A DNA stretch of 64,000 nucleotides. Source: an uncultured Bacteroidales bacterium. Lineage in GTDB: Bacteria > Bacteroidota > Bacteroidia > Bacteroidales > VadinHA17. The notes under the pieces were generated by a model. The model saw only the letters and a program-made list of their open reading frames with translations, did no database searches and had not been told where the DNA came from. Both the position numbers and the translations under genes were made by a program. The stretch is from assembly GCA_963825165.1 (NCBI GenBank), contig CAWGRY010000003.1, forward strand, positions 129,605 to 193,604, read 5' to 3'. Shown here one piece after another: positions 9,074 through 18,081 of this stretch (position 1 is the first letter of the stretch; the number at the start of each line of letters is the position of its first letter).

Positions 9074-11494
9074 CTAATGCTTAAAGGGCACTGAAACAAT
9101 AATTCCGGCGATTAAAATTACGGCTGCAAGAATAAAAGATGCATTGCTTATTCCTGCCAGTGGTACAAGTACAGTTGAAACTGTCAGGTATCCCAATGCT
9201 GATCCGGCCAGGTCGGAGGCATACACTCTCCCGGTAATCCCCTGTATGCCTGATAATGTCAGCATCCGGTACACTGACCCGGTGAGGAACCCGGCTGCAA
9301 GCAGGAAGATGAAAATGACAGGTAACACAATGCCGGGAGCTGTTGTGACAAACGAGGGTGCAAGAAATCCTGTGACACCATATATGACTGCCAGTAGCGC
9401 AGTACGGATCATAATCGGCCCGGCTGCGCTGATGCGGCCCCAGCCTGCTCCGGCAGCCAGTCCCGCCATTAGCAGCGTCAGCACGAAAGCGGAGAGTAAA
9501 TAAATGTTACCAACCGTCAACTGCACTATAAAGATCATAATCATGCCAAAGCCGGCCAGTCCTGCGGAAGAGGCAAACATCATCAGGCTGTCCCTGCGTA
9601 TAAAAACAAAGGGGATGATAACCATCAGAACCATCACTGCAACAACGCCGCCCGCTATTCCTTTGCTCTCAAGCGACAGCATATTTGTGAACCACGATGA
9701 TACGGGCCTGGTTGCAGTATTGAAACCGGCCGTGGTGTCAGCCTGCATAATGATCTGCCCGCTCTTGCGCCTCGATTCTTCATCGTTAAGATAATCACCG
9801 TTCACGTAACTGTTCTGAATTCCGCTTCTTGCCGCCAGAACGGAGATTGAATCAGACAGGGGACTGTCTGATGCAATGACATAAAGCAATGATCCGGGTA
9901 TCAGAACTACATGGTCAAAGACCTCGCTGAGGGCGTTGTATACCGGAGAAAATCCCTTAATGTAGCTTTCAGGAGAATAGTTAAAATAAGGCATCGGGGT
10001 ACACAGGAAGATCCCTCCGGGGGAGAGATGTTCCTTTACCAACCTGAAATATTCAATGGTGAAGTACCTGTCGACTGATAACGTGGCAGGCGGGGGTATG
10101 AGCTGCAGGACAGCATCGTAAATATCACTGTTTCTCCTCATAAAGGAGAGAGGGTCACTCTTTCTGACGCTTATTGTCATTCTGACGGCCAGTGTGTCGT
10201 GCGCACCTTCGGCAGCGATAATACCAGGGTCGTGTTCAAGGTATAACACCTCACCTATGTCATGTTTTTCAAGCTGTTCGATATGCTTCATCAGGCCGCC
10301 GGAAATCACCATTACCTTTTCATACTTATCTCTCTGGAGAAGTGCATAATGAATATTCTCCTCAGCCCTGATGATATCGCCGGAAAAGAAGAGAGGCCTG
10401 TGATCGTAAAAAATGACAGACTCGTCCCCGTAGGTGCCGGTGGTGATATTTCCGTAAGGGGTATCTGTGCTCTTCTCTGCCTTCACACCCCGCAGAAGCA
10501 CACTTCTTATGGCGGGGTCAGGGCTGAAGATCAACACAATCACCGCCATCAGAAATGCGCCTGTCATCGCTGTCCGGCGAACCCTGACGCGGTAGCCGGT
10601 GAGCATGACCACCAGGCTCACAGATAAAAGCAGAATAATAATGTACAGCTGATAGTTGGAAATGTAAAGGGTAACGTTGATGGTTGTGAGTATCCCGGCA
10701 GCAACCGAACCTGCCGTCTCGGTACTGAAACTGCTGCCCGGCACTATTGCACTGTCAAGTTGTCTTATCGCAGACAGCCTGATGAAGATGAATGATGAGA
10801 TGAAGGTAACGGGAGCCACGCTCACCGAAATTATGGCCAGGGTTTTTAGTACAGAGGGTGACTCGCCGGGCGCAATAAGAAACCTGTTCATAAACAGAAA
10901 AAAGAGCGGTGCAAGAGTCATGCCTGCAATCAGTGTCCACATCATCTTCCTCAGGTCATTTATGCCGGACCTTCCTCCGGTGATGGCACCGGCAGCGGCG
11001 ATGATCAGCCAGAGCCACAGGAAGAAGCCTGCAGAAGCCTCTGTTCCGCCCCCGAGAATGACCGCTTCGCGCATGAGAATAAACTGAACCGCTGAGCTCG
11101 CAAACCCTGTCAGCATAAGCAGCTTCGCGATTGCGTTACCGTTCAGTTCCCTATGTGCATAAGCTTCCCTTGCCCTTTCCGCGTCACTGTTTTTGTTTTT
11201 TCCGAAATAATATTGCAGATGCCAGGTCAGGTGAATTATTGCGGCGAACGCCATTGCGATGCCCGTCTCCACATGCCAGTGAAGCAGCTGCCCTGAAAAA
11301 GGTATATTCCACTTGTAGGTGATTTTCAGGGCCATGAACAGGCCGAATAAGCCAGCTGTCAGAAATGTACCAAACAGCGCCCAGTTCCAGAAGCGCCGGT
11401 GAGATTGCTTATCAAGGAAACCGGTTGAAGAAAGGGAAAGAGTAAACAGATAAATTACGAGTATGGTCAGTCCTATCGGAAGAACATGATACAT
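9074..11494 (-). CDS. polytopic membrane protein with a central spermidine-synthase-like (class I MTase fold) domain
   Basis: 806 aa. Many hydrophobic segments occur in residues 1-330 and 620-806. The central soluble region has VMVISGGLMKHIEQLEKHDIGEVLYLEHDPGIIAAE ... YDAVLQLIPPP, resembling the SpeE GGGDG / D-x-D layout. An N-terminal His-rich TM pair reads LHWHVETGIAMAFAAIIHLTWHLQYY. Confidence 0.7.
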   Translation of the reverse strand: MYHVLPIGLTILVIYLFTLSLSSTGFLDKQSHRRFWNWALFGTFLTAGLFGLFMALKITYKWNIPFSGQLLHWHVETGIAMAFAAIIHLTWHLQYYFGKNKNSDAERAREAYAHRELNGNAIAKLLMLTGFASSAVQFILMREAVILGGGTEASAGFFLWLWLIIAAAGAITGGRSGINDLRKMMWTLIAGMTLAPLFFLFMNRFLIAPGESPSVLKTLAIISVSVAPVTFISSFIFIRLSAIRQLDSAIVPGSSFSTETAGSVAAGILTTINVTLYISNYQLYIIILLLSVSLVVMLTGYRVRVRRTAMTGAFLMAVIVLIFSPDPAIRSVLLRGVKAEKSTDTPYGNITTGTYGDESVIFYDHRPLFFSGDIIRAEENIHYALLQRDKYEKVMVISGGLMKHIEQLEKHDIGEVLYLEHDPGIIAAEGAHDTLAVRMTISVRKSDPLSFMRRNSDIYDAVLQLIPPPATLSVDRYFTIEYFRLVKEHLSPGGIFLCTPMPYFNYSPESYIKGFSPVYNALSEVFDHVVLIPGSLLYVIASDSPLSDSISVLAARSGIQNSYVNGDYLNDEESRRKSGQIIMQADTTAGFNTATRPVSSWFTNMLSLESKGIAGGVVAVMVLMVIIPFVFIRRDSLMMFASSAGLAGFGMIMIFIVQLTVGNIYLLSAFVLTLLMAGLAAGAGWGRISAAGPIMIRTALLAVIYGVTGFLAPSFVTTAPGIVLPVIFIFLLAAGFLTGSVYRMLTLSGIQGITGRVYASDLAGSALGYLTVSTVLVPLAGISNASFILAAVILIAGIIVSVPFKH

Positions 11495-11505
11495 CAGGTT
11501 ATATC

Positions 11506-13011
11506 TTATTCACCGAAGACATAGGCTTCATAGGTAAAAATCTCAGTATCCTTATCTTTCCATCCGTCCCAGCCAATACCTGCCTTATCACGGGCGCAGC
11601 AGCCGAGGAACTCGGTTACGCTCCAACCCCTTTCAGTAGCCACCTGGGGCAGCAGGGTGCCGGACCTGACACCTTTTTTGAGGTAGATGCCGTGCTTTCC
11701 GATCTTGATCTGATTGATGTCAGTAATCTTGGTCATCGGTCCCAGGACTGATATCTCAAGGTGTATATCAGGATATTCGGCGGTTGTAAGGGGAGAGAAC
11801 CTCGGGTCATCGAATGCTGCCTCCAGGGCCATTGTACCGATGACTTCCCAGAGGGGATCAGGAGAGGTGAACCGTCCGATGCAACCCCGCAGGTTACCAT
11901 CAATTGTAATTGTGACAAATGCTCCCAGCGGCTCTTTCAGGCGGGGTGTCAGCTTCGCAGCATCGACGGTGCGTGGCTTTGTTCCCCTGAGTTTTGCAGA
12001 GATAGATTCGCGTGCAATGCCCAGCAGGGTCTTCTTCTCCTCAGCTGTAAGCGAGAACTCATCCATAGGAGCGAGCTTATGTGCTTCAGGTGCCTTCTCA
12101 TCGACAACAATGGCATTGTACCCTACCACCTCATCCCTGTTCCCGTGAGGAGAATCTCCTGAATTTCTGTATTCGACATTACGTAGTCTCAGGCTGCTCT
12201 CATCTTCAGTGAGGTACAGGAGAATCAGCGCTGCTGTCCATCCGCACATGGCTGTGGAGAGGTTGTCGATTCCGGAAGCTTCCACATCCCTGATGGTCTT
12301 GAGGAAGACATCAGGATCACCGGTCAGAATAGCATCACTGGTGAGCTTGTCTGCCCTGACTGCTTCAGTATAGGATGGGTAATGCGAGAAATCGCTGCTT
12401 ATAATAAACAGGTTCCGTTCATTGAACCAGGGACTGAGCTCTGAGGCTATCAGGTCAAGCATGGTGATATTGCGCGTGCCCAGCAGTATAGGCACGACCA
12501 TAGGGGTTTTGCTGAAGTGAAACTGGATGAAGGGAAGCTGAACCTCCAGCGAGTGCTCCGACTTGTGTGCGTCATCCATATTAATGAACCATTTGCTTTT
12601 GCTTACCAGTTCGTCTCCCAGGGTCCTGTTCACCTGTACTGTGCCAAGCGGTGTCACCATATTGCCTGAAGTGAACACAGCGGCACCGTCGAATGAATAC
12701 CTGTGACTCACCCCTATAAGAAATATGTTGTCATACTCTGCGTCCTCAGGCACGGCTGCATAACCGGCCGCAGCAGTGTGTCCCGAATAGACATAACCGG
12801 CATGCGGCAAGATCAGTGCTCTCACCCTCTTACCGGAAGAAACACTTTTCAATGAGTTGAAATATCCTGCGAGCTCGCTATTCAGTTTGTCGCTGCCGGC
12901 AGGATAAAAGCTGCCTGCCACCGCAGGCTGCCTGTCATGCCCGGCTTCCTGTCCGTTGATGTTCATAAGCGGGATTATTAAAGTCATTAAGATAATACTA
13001 ACCGTTTTCAT
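11506..13011 (-). CDS. fused AmmeMemoRadiSam protein B (Memo-like) / protein A (AMMECR1-like) with a Sec-type signal peptide
   Basis: 501 aa. N-terminus MKTVSIILMTLIIPLMNINGQ, then the Memo start PAVAGSFYPAG and ILPHAGYVYSGHTAA. The C-terminal half has AMMECR1 motifs GAFVTITIDGNLRGCIGRF and GIYLKKGVRSGTLLPQV. Confidence 0.88.
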   Translation of the reverse strand: MKTVSIILMTLIIPLMNINGQEAGHDRQPAVAGSFYPAGSDKLNSELAGYFNSLKSVSSGKRVRALILPHAGYVYSGHTAAAGYAAVPEDAEYDNIFLIGVSHRYSFDGAAVFTSGNMVTPLGTVQVNRTLGDELVSKSKWFINMDDAHKSEHSLEVQLPFIQFHFSKTPMVVPILLGTRNITMLDLIASELSPWFNERNLFIISSDFSHYPSYTEAVRADKLTSDAILTGDPDVFLKTIRDVEASGIDNLSTAMCGWTAALILLYLTEDESSLRLRNVEYRNSGDSPHGNRDEVVGYNAIVVDEKAPEAHKLAPMDEFSLTAEEKKTLLGIARESISAKLRGTKPRTVDAAKLTPRLKEPLGAFVTITIDGNLRGCIGRFTSPDPLWEVIGTMALEAAFDDPRFSPLTTAEYPDIHLEISVLGPMTKITDINQIKIGKHGIYLKKGVRSGTLLPQVATERGWSVTEFLGCCARDKAGIGWDGWKDKDTEIFTYEAYVFGE

Positions 13012-13074
13012 AAAACAGCTGTTATCACCCGTAAAGATAAACTAAAAAAACGGTAAAAAAGCGGAAAAAAACAG

Positions 13075-13533
13075 TTAGATAAGTACGATATTTTCCTTAA
13101 TGGTGTTTCCGTCTTCATCAATGCCGTATAGCCTTATACCTACACTGCATGTGGCATCAGCCGTAACATCGAGGAACGGAGACAGAGATTCCCTTACATC
13201 TTCCTCACCCATGGAATCATACTCCTCAATATCAAAGTAAAGATGTACAAAAAGTATATGATCGCTTTTTTTGATCTTGGTCAGTGTCTTCAGAATCTTC
13301 CCCATCCAGATAACCGAGGATGTGTTAAAATAGTCGACGTTGAATTTCAGGTTTGTACTCTCGGCCGGGTTCTTGGCATATTCGCCCGCCCATTTATAAA
13401 GAGGCTCGAAAAATGATGATGCATTCTCCGGTAATGATTTGCCCGTAAAGGCCAATATACCTGTTTCTGCCACAAAACTCACCATCGGTGTCTTGGACGT
13501 GGCCTCAATCCTTATATCCTGTAGTTTAACCAT
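13075..13533 (-). CDS. DUF1987 / SiaC-family protein
   Basis: 152 aa. TSKTPMVSF...GILAFTGKSLPENASSFFEPLYKW...VDYFNTSSVIWMGKIL matches the SiaC/DUF1987 pattern (TP-V-F, G-S-PEN, YFNTSS). Confidence 0.75.
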   Translation of the reverse strand: MVKLQDIRIEATSKTPMVSFVAETGILAFTGKSLPENASSFFEPLYKWAGEYAKNPAESTNLKFNVDYFNTSSVIWMGKILKTLTKIKKSDHILFVHLYFDIEEYDSMGEEDVRESLSPFLDVTADATCSVGIRLYGIDEDGNTIKENIVLI

Positions 13534-13710
13534 ACTGATCAGTACCTTCCCTTGTCCTGCTTTATTGCCCTAGTAACATGATAAAGGTAGTTCGTTTTTT
13601 ATGTCAGTGGAATTCCTTCGTCAAAAAAATATGACTAGTTATCAACTTTTTTCAACAATTCACCCTTCCAAAGTGAGATAACCCGAGGTCTTTGGTAACG
13701 AAGGAAATAC

Positions 13711-13718
13711 TATATTTG
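13711..13718 (+). promoter_or_regulatory. -7 promoter box TAnnTTTG for argS
   Basis: TATATTTG lies 14 nt upstream of ATG 13732. Confidence 0.45.
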
Positions 13719-13731
13719 CAGGCGATAATAA

Positions 13732-15525
13732 ATGAGGATGGAAGAACTGCTCAGGAAGGGTGTCAGAGAGGCGATCAGAAGCCTGTACAGTGCGGATGTG
13801 AATGATGATCTCCTTCAGATACAGAAGACGAGGAAAGAGTTTACCGGCGATCTGACCCTGGTAGCTTTTCCCATCACTAAGATATCACATAAATCCCCGG
13901 AACAGACAGGAAAGGATTTAGGTGATTACCTGGCGCAACACGTTGACGCTGTGAGCGGGTTCAATGTAATCAAAGGATTTCTTAACATCGTCATCTCGCC
14001 GGCAGTATGGGCCAGACAACTGGAAATAATTTCTGAAAAGAAGGAGTATGGCTTCATTCAGCCGGACAGTGATGCGGCAATGGTGGTCATTGAATACTCT
14101 TCGCCTAACACCAACAAACCACTGCACCTGGGACACATACGGAATAACCTCCTCGGGTACTCCCTCTCGCGGATATGCAGTGCTGCCGGGAACAGGGTGA
14201 TAAGAACAAATATCGTCAATGACCGGGGAATACATATCTGCAAGTCTATGGTTGCCTGGCAGCTTTTTGCCGGCGGAGCAACACCGGCATCGGCAGGAAT
14301 GAAGGGCGACCATTTCGTAGGCGAATACTATGTCCTCTTTGAAAACAAGTACAAGGAACAGATTGATTCGCTCGTTGCTGCAGGATCAACGCCCGAAGAG
14401 GCACGTGACACTGCCCCGCTGATGATCGCTGCACGACAGATGCTGCTTAAATGGGAGGCCGGTGATGAGGAGACTTTGACACTGTGGAACATGATGAACT
14501 CATGGGTATACGAAGGGTTTGAAGTGACTTACAAAGCCCTCGGCGTGGAGTTCGATAAAATATATTACGAGTCAGAAACCTACAAAACCGGGAAAGAACT
14601 GGTCCTCAGGTCACTTGATGAAGGCAGCCTCATAAGAAAAGATGACGGCTCAGTGTGGATCGACCTCACGGCTGATAAACTTGATGAGAAGCTGCTGCTC
14701 AGATCTGACGGCACAGCGGTTTATATCACCCAGGACCTGGGCACAGCGGTGATAAGGTATAACGACTACCACTTCGACAGGCACATTTATGTCGTTGGAA
14801 ATGAGCAGAACTACCACTTCCAGGTGCTGGCCCTTACCCTTCTGAGGATGGGATACCAATGGGCCCGCGGACTGCTGCATTTCTCCTACGGTATGGTGGA
14901 GCTTCCGGAAGGAAAGATGAAATCAAGGGAGGGAAAGGTTGTCGATGCTGACGACCTGATAGAGGAGATGACTGCCACAGCAAGGACAATGTCGCAGGAT
15001 CTCGGCAAACTTGGCGGTTACAGCGAGACTGAGAAGGAAAATATTTGCAGACAGATAGGCCTCGGGGCTCTGAAATACTTTATCCTCAAGGTCGACCCGA
15101 AGAAAAACATGACCTTTAACCCTGCAGAATCAATTGACTTCAACGGTAATACGGGTCCCTTCATACAATATACTTATACCCGCATCAGATCAGTGATGAA
15201 GAAGGCGGAAGAGACCGCCGTGACTTATGGTGCGGAGAGCTATGACAACTTCATCCCAAATCCAAAAGAAATAAGTGTCATAAAATTGCTGAACGATTTT
15301 CCATCCGTTGTGAAGGAAGCTGCCGGAGAACTGAGTCCTGCCCTGTTGGCAAATTACTGTTACGACCTGGCCAGGGAATTCAACCAGTTCTACCACGACT
15401 ATTCCATCCTCGGTGAGGATGACAAAACAGTGCGCGACTTCAGACTCAAACTCTCAGCCCTCACAGGTACCGTGCTTGAAAGAGGACTCTGGCTGCTGGG
15501 AATTGAAGCGCCTGAGAGAATGTAA
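13732..15525 (+). CDS. argS: arginine--tRNA ligase
   Basis: 597 aa with class I signatures SSPNTNKPLHLGHIRN and GKMKSREG, and the anticodon-binding C-terminus. Confidence 0.96.
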   Translation: MRMEELLRKGVREAIRSLYSADVNDDLLQIQKTRKEFTGDLTLVAFPITKISHKSPEQTGKDLGDYLAQHVDAVSGFNVIKGFLNIVISPAVWARQLEIISEKKEYGFIQPDSDAAMVVIEYSSPNTNKPLHLGHIRNNLLGYSLSRICSAAGNRVIRTNIVNDRGIHICKSMVAWQLFAGGATPASAGMKGDHFVGEYYVLFENKYKEQIDSLVAAGSTPEEARDTAPLMIAARQMLLKWEAGDEETLTLWNMMNSWVYEGFEVTYKALGVEFDKIYYESETYKTGKELVLRSLDEGSLIRKDDGSVWIDLTADKLDEKLLLRSDGTAVYITQDLGTAVIRYNDYHFDRHIYVVGNEQNYHFQVLALTLLRMGYQWARGLLHFSYGMVELPEGKMKSREGKVVDADDLIEEMTATARTMSQDLGKLGGYSETEKENICRQIGLGALKYFILKVDPKKNMTFNPAESIDFNGNTGPFIQYTYTRIRSVMKKAEETAVTYGAESYDNFIPNPKEISVIKLLNDFPSVVKEAAGELSPALLANYCYDLAREFNQFYHDYSILGEDDKTVRDFRLKLSALTGTVLERGLWLLGIEAPERM

Positions 15526-15546
15526 TACCAAAATATACGATTAGTT

Positions 15547-16867
15547 ATGTTTGAAAACCTGAGCGAAAGACTTGAACGATCCTTTAAAATATTAAAAGGC
15601 GAAGGGACCATCTCCGAGATAAATGTTTCCGAGACTTCTCAAAGATGTTCGCCGGGCACTGCTCGATGCCGACGTGAACTTCAAAATAGCAAAGCAGTTT
15701 ACCGATACTGTCAAGCAGCAGGCCCTGGGCCAGAATGTGCTCAAGTCTGTCAAACCATCACAGATGATGATCAAGATTGTGCATGACGAGCTTGTTCACC
15801 TGATGGGAGGAGAGAAGACTGATATTAACATAAAGACCAATCCTTCGATAATACTGATTGCAGGACTTCAGGGAAGCGGCAAGACGACCTTCAGCGCCAA
15901 GCTTGCCAGATATCTTAAGACCAAACGCGGGAAAAACCCTCTCCTGGTAGCCGGCGACGTTTACAGACCTGCGGCAATAGAACAGCTCAAGGTGCTCGGC
16001 TCACAGATAGAGGTGCCTGTCTATACCGAGGAGGGAAGCCTTAATCCCGTGGAGATAGCGCGCAACGCTGTCAGGGAAGCCAAAAAGAACGGCAATGACC
16101 TGGTCATAATAGACACGGCAGGACGACTGGCAGTTGATGAGGAGATGATGAAAGAGATCGCTGCCGTGAAGAGCGCAACCAATCCGCATGAAACACTCTT
16201 TGTGGTTGACTCGATGACAGGTCAGGATGCGGTGAATACCGCATTTGAGTTCAATGAGAGAATAGACTACGACGGCGTTGTACTGACAAAGCTCGACGGC
16301 GATACACGGGGAGGAGCAGCCCTCTCGATAAGGGCAGTGGTCAACAAACCCGTCAAGTTCATCAGCGCCGGTGAGAAGATGGACGCCATTGATATCTTCT
16401 ACCCTGAGAGAATGGCTGACAGAATTCTCGGCATGGGCGACATAGTCTCCCTGGTGGAAAAAGCTCAGGAGCAGTATGATGAGACTGAAGCACGTAAGCT
16501 TCAGAAGAAGATAGCCAAGGACCAGTTCGACTTCAACGACTTTGTCTCGCAGATACATCAGATAAAGAAGATGGGTAACATGAAGGATCTGATGGGGATG
16601 ATACCCGGCGTCGGCAAAGCCATTAAAGATCTTGATATTGACGACAATGCCTTTAAAAGCATTGAGGCTATAATTGCAAGCATGACACCGGCAGAAAGGT
16701 CAAATCCGATGCTTCTTAACGGCACCCGCAGAAAAAGGATAGCCGGGGGCAGCGGCACCACGGTGATGGAAGTAAACAGGCTCCTGAAACAATTCGACCA
16801 GACACGGAAAATAATGAAGACAGTAGCCAAGGGAGGCGATCTGTCAAAACTGGCGCCGAAGAGATAA
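15547..16867 (+). CDS. ffh: signal recognition particle protein Ffh, with an apparent 1-nt insertion frameshift near 15636-15638
   Basis: ORF 15547..15786 starts MFENLSERLERSFKILKGEGTISEINVSET. ORF 15623..16867 continues LLKDVRRALLDADVNFKIAK...GLQGSGKTT...DTAGR...TKLDGDTRGG plus the Met-rich M domain. Joined, they give a normal Ffh. The sequence GAGACTTCTCAAAGAT would be in frame as GAGACTCTCAAAGAT. Confidence 0.9.
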
Positions 16868-16869
16868 TT

Positions 16870-16903
16870 GGTTGAAAGGTTGAGAATGTTTAAGGGTTGA
16901 GAA
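16870..16903 (+). repeat. GGTTGA-containing octamer repeat (3 copies, one displaced)
   Basis: The sequence is GGTTGAAAGGTTGAGAA....GGGTTGAGAA. The same motif family occurs at 39817, 60336 and 61688. Confidence 0.8.
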
Positions 16904-16936
16904 AATCGCAAATCGCAAATCGCAAATCGCAAATCA
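16904..16936 (+). repeat. tandem heptamer array (AATCGCA) x4.7
   Basis: AATCGCA occupies 16904-10, 16911-17, 16918-24 and 16925-31, followed by AATCA. It ends 5 nt before the folD ATG. Confidence 0.95.
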
Positions 16937-16941
16937 CTGAT

Positions 16942-17808
16942 ATGTACCAGCTCATTGACGGCAGGATAACCGCAGCCGGGATAAAATTTGAAATAGCTGC
17001 AAAGGTCAACAGCATGAAAGATAGGGGTATACGTGTTCCTCATCTTGCTGCTGTACTCGTCGGTCACGACGGCGGCAGCGAGACCTATGTGGCTCATAAA
17101 GTGAAAGATTGCGAAGAAGTCGGCTTCAGGTCAACCTTGGTTCGCTTCCCTGCCTCTGTAAGCGAAAGCGAGCTTCTTGCAAAAGTTGAGGAACTGAATA
17201 ACGACCCTGAGATTGACGGACTGATAGTTCAGCTTCCTCTGCCTGATCATATTTCTGAAGATAAGGTAATCGAAAACATCTCTCCGCTGAAGGATGTTGA
17301 CGGGTTTCATCCCGTCAATGTAGGAAGGATGACTGCAGGACTGCCTTCCCTGGTATCAGCCACCCCGGCAGGCATCATGGAATTGCTGAAAAGGTATAAT
17401 ATCCCGCTGAAAGGGGCTGAGTGTGTCGTAGCAGGCCGCAGTAACATCGTCGGCAGACCCGTAAGCATCCTCCTGTCTCAGAAAGGTACCGATGCCACTG
17501 TCACACTGGTTCACAGCCGTACCCGCGACATCGCCTCCGTACTGAGGAGAGCAGACATAATAATCGCAGCGCTGGGGATTCCCGGGTTTATCAAAGCCGA
17601 TATGGTGAAGGAGGGAGCAGTGATCATAGATGTGGGAACAACACGCGTTGAAGCCCCCGGCACGAAATCAGGGTGGAGACTGAAAGGCGATGTCGACTTT
17701 GAGAATGTGGCACCCAGATGCTCATTTATCACACCCGTGCCAGGTGGAGTGGGACCGATGACCAGAGTGTCACTGCTGCTGAACACCCTGCAGGCCTGCA
17801 GGAGATGA
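16942..17808 (+). CDS. folD: bifunctional methylenetetrahydrofolate dehydrogenase/cyclohydrolase
   Basis: [15 protein letters not shown]..., [32 protein letters not shown] and [10 protein letters not shown]. The start is set at ATG 16942 because the upstream part of ORF 16897 is just the translated heptamer repeat. Confidence 0.93.
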   Translation: MYQLIDGRITAAGIKFEIAAKVNSMKDRGIRVPHLAAVLVGHDGGSETYVAHKVKDCEEVGFRSTLVRFPASVSESELLAKVEELNNDPEIDGLIVQLPLPDHISEDKVIENISPLKDVDGFHPVNVGRMTAGLPSLVSATPAGIMELLKRYNIPLKGAECVVAGRSNIVGRPVSILLSQKGTDATVTLVHSRTRDIASVLRRADIIIAALGIPGFIKADMVKEGAVIIDVGTTRVEAPGTKSGWRLKGDVDFENVAPRCSFITPVPGGVGPMTRVSLLLNTLQACRR

Positions 17809-17833
17809 CAGATCAGTCTGCCAGCAAAAAAAA

Positions 17834-17852
17834 ACCGGGCTAGAGGCCCGGT
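17834..17852. terminator. possible hairpin terminator after folD
   Basis: ACCGGGC-TAGAG-GCCCGGT is preceded by an A run, with no clear T tail on the + strand. Confidence 0.35.
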
Positions 17853-18054
17853 CAGAAGGTAGAATTTAGGTTAATTCTAGGGTAATATTGGGTTTGAGGG
17901 TAAACTTTTGATTTCAATTATAAGATGCAAAGCAGTCCCCGAAGGTTGCGTCAGCCGAAATTTATTTTTCCAAAGCACTGGTTATCATGTTTAAAAAAAG
18001 TTAAGGCTGTTGATAATTGACAATGATTTAAAGAACGGGGACGAGATTATATTA

Positions 18055-18062
18055 TACATTTG
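18055..18062 (+). promoter_or_regulatory. -7 promoter box TAnnTTTG for the TPR gene
   Basis: TACATTTG lies 20 nt upstream of ATG 18082. Confidence 0.5.
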
Positions 18063-18081
18063 CAGGATATTTTTGGGGAGA

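Noticed and set aside
16897-16941. N-terminal extension of the folD ORF ([15 protein letters not shown]...)
   Set aside because: This stretch is simply the translated AATCGCA heptamer array. The FolD homology begins at MYQLIDGR (ATG 16942).
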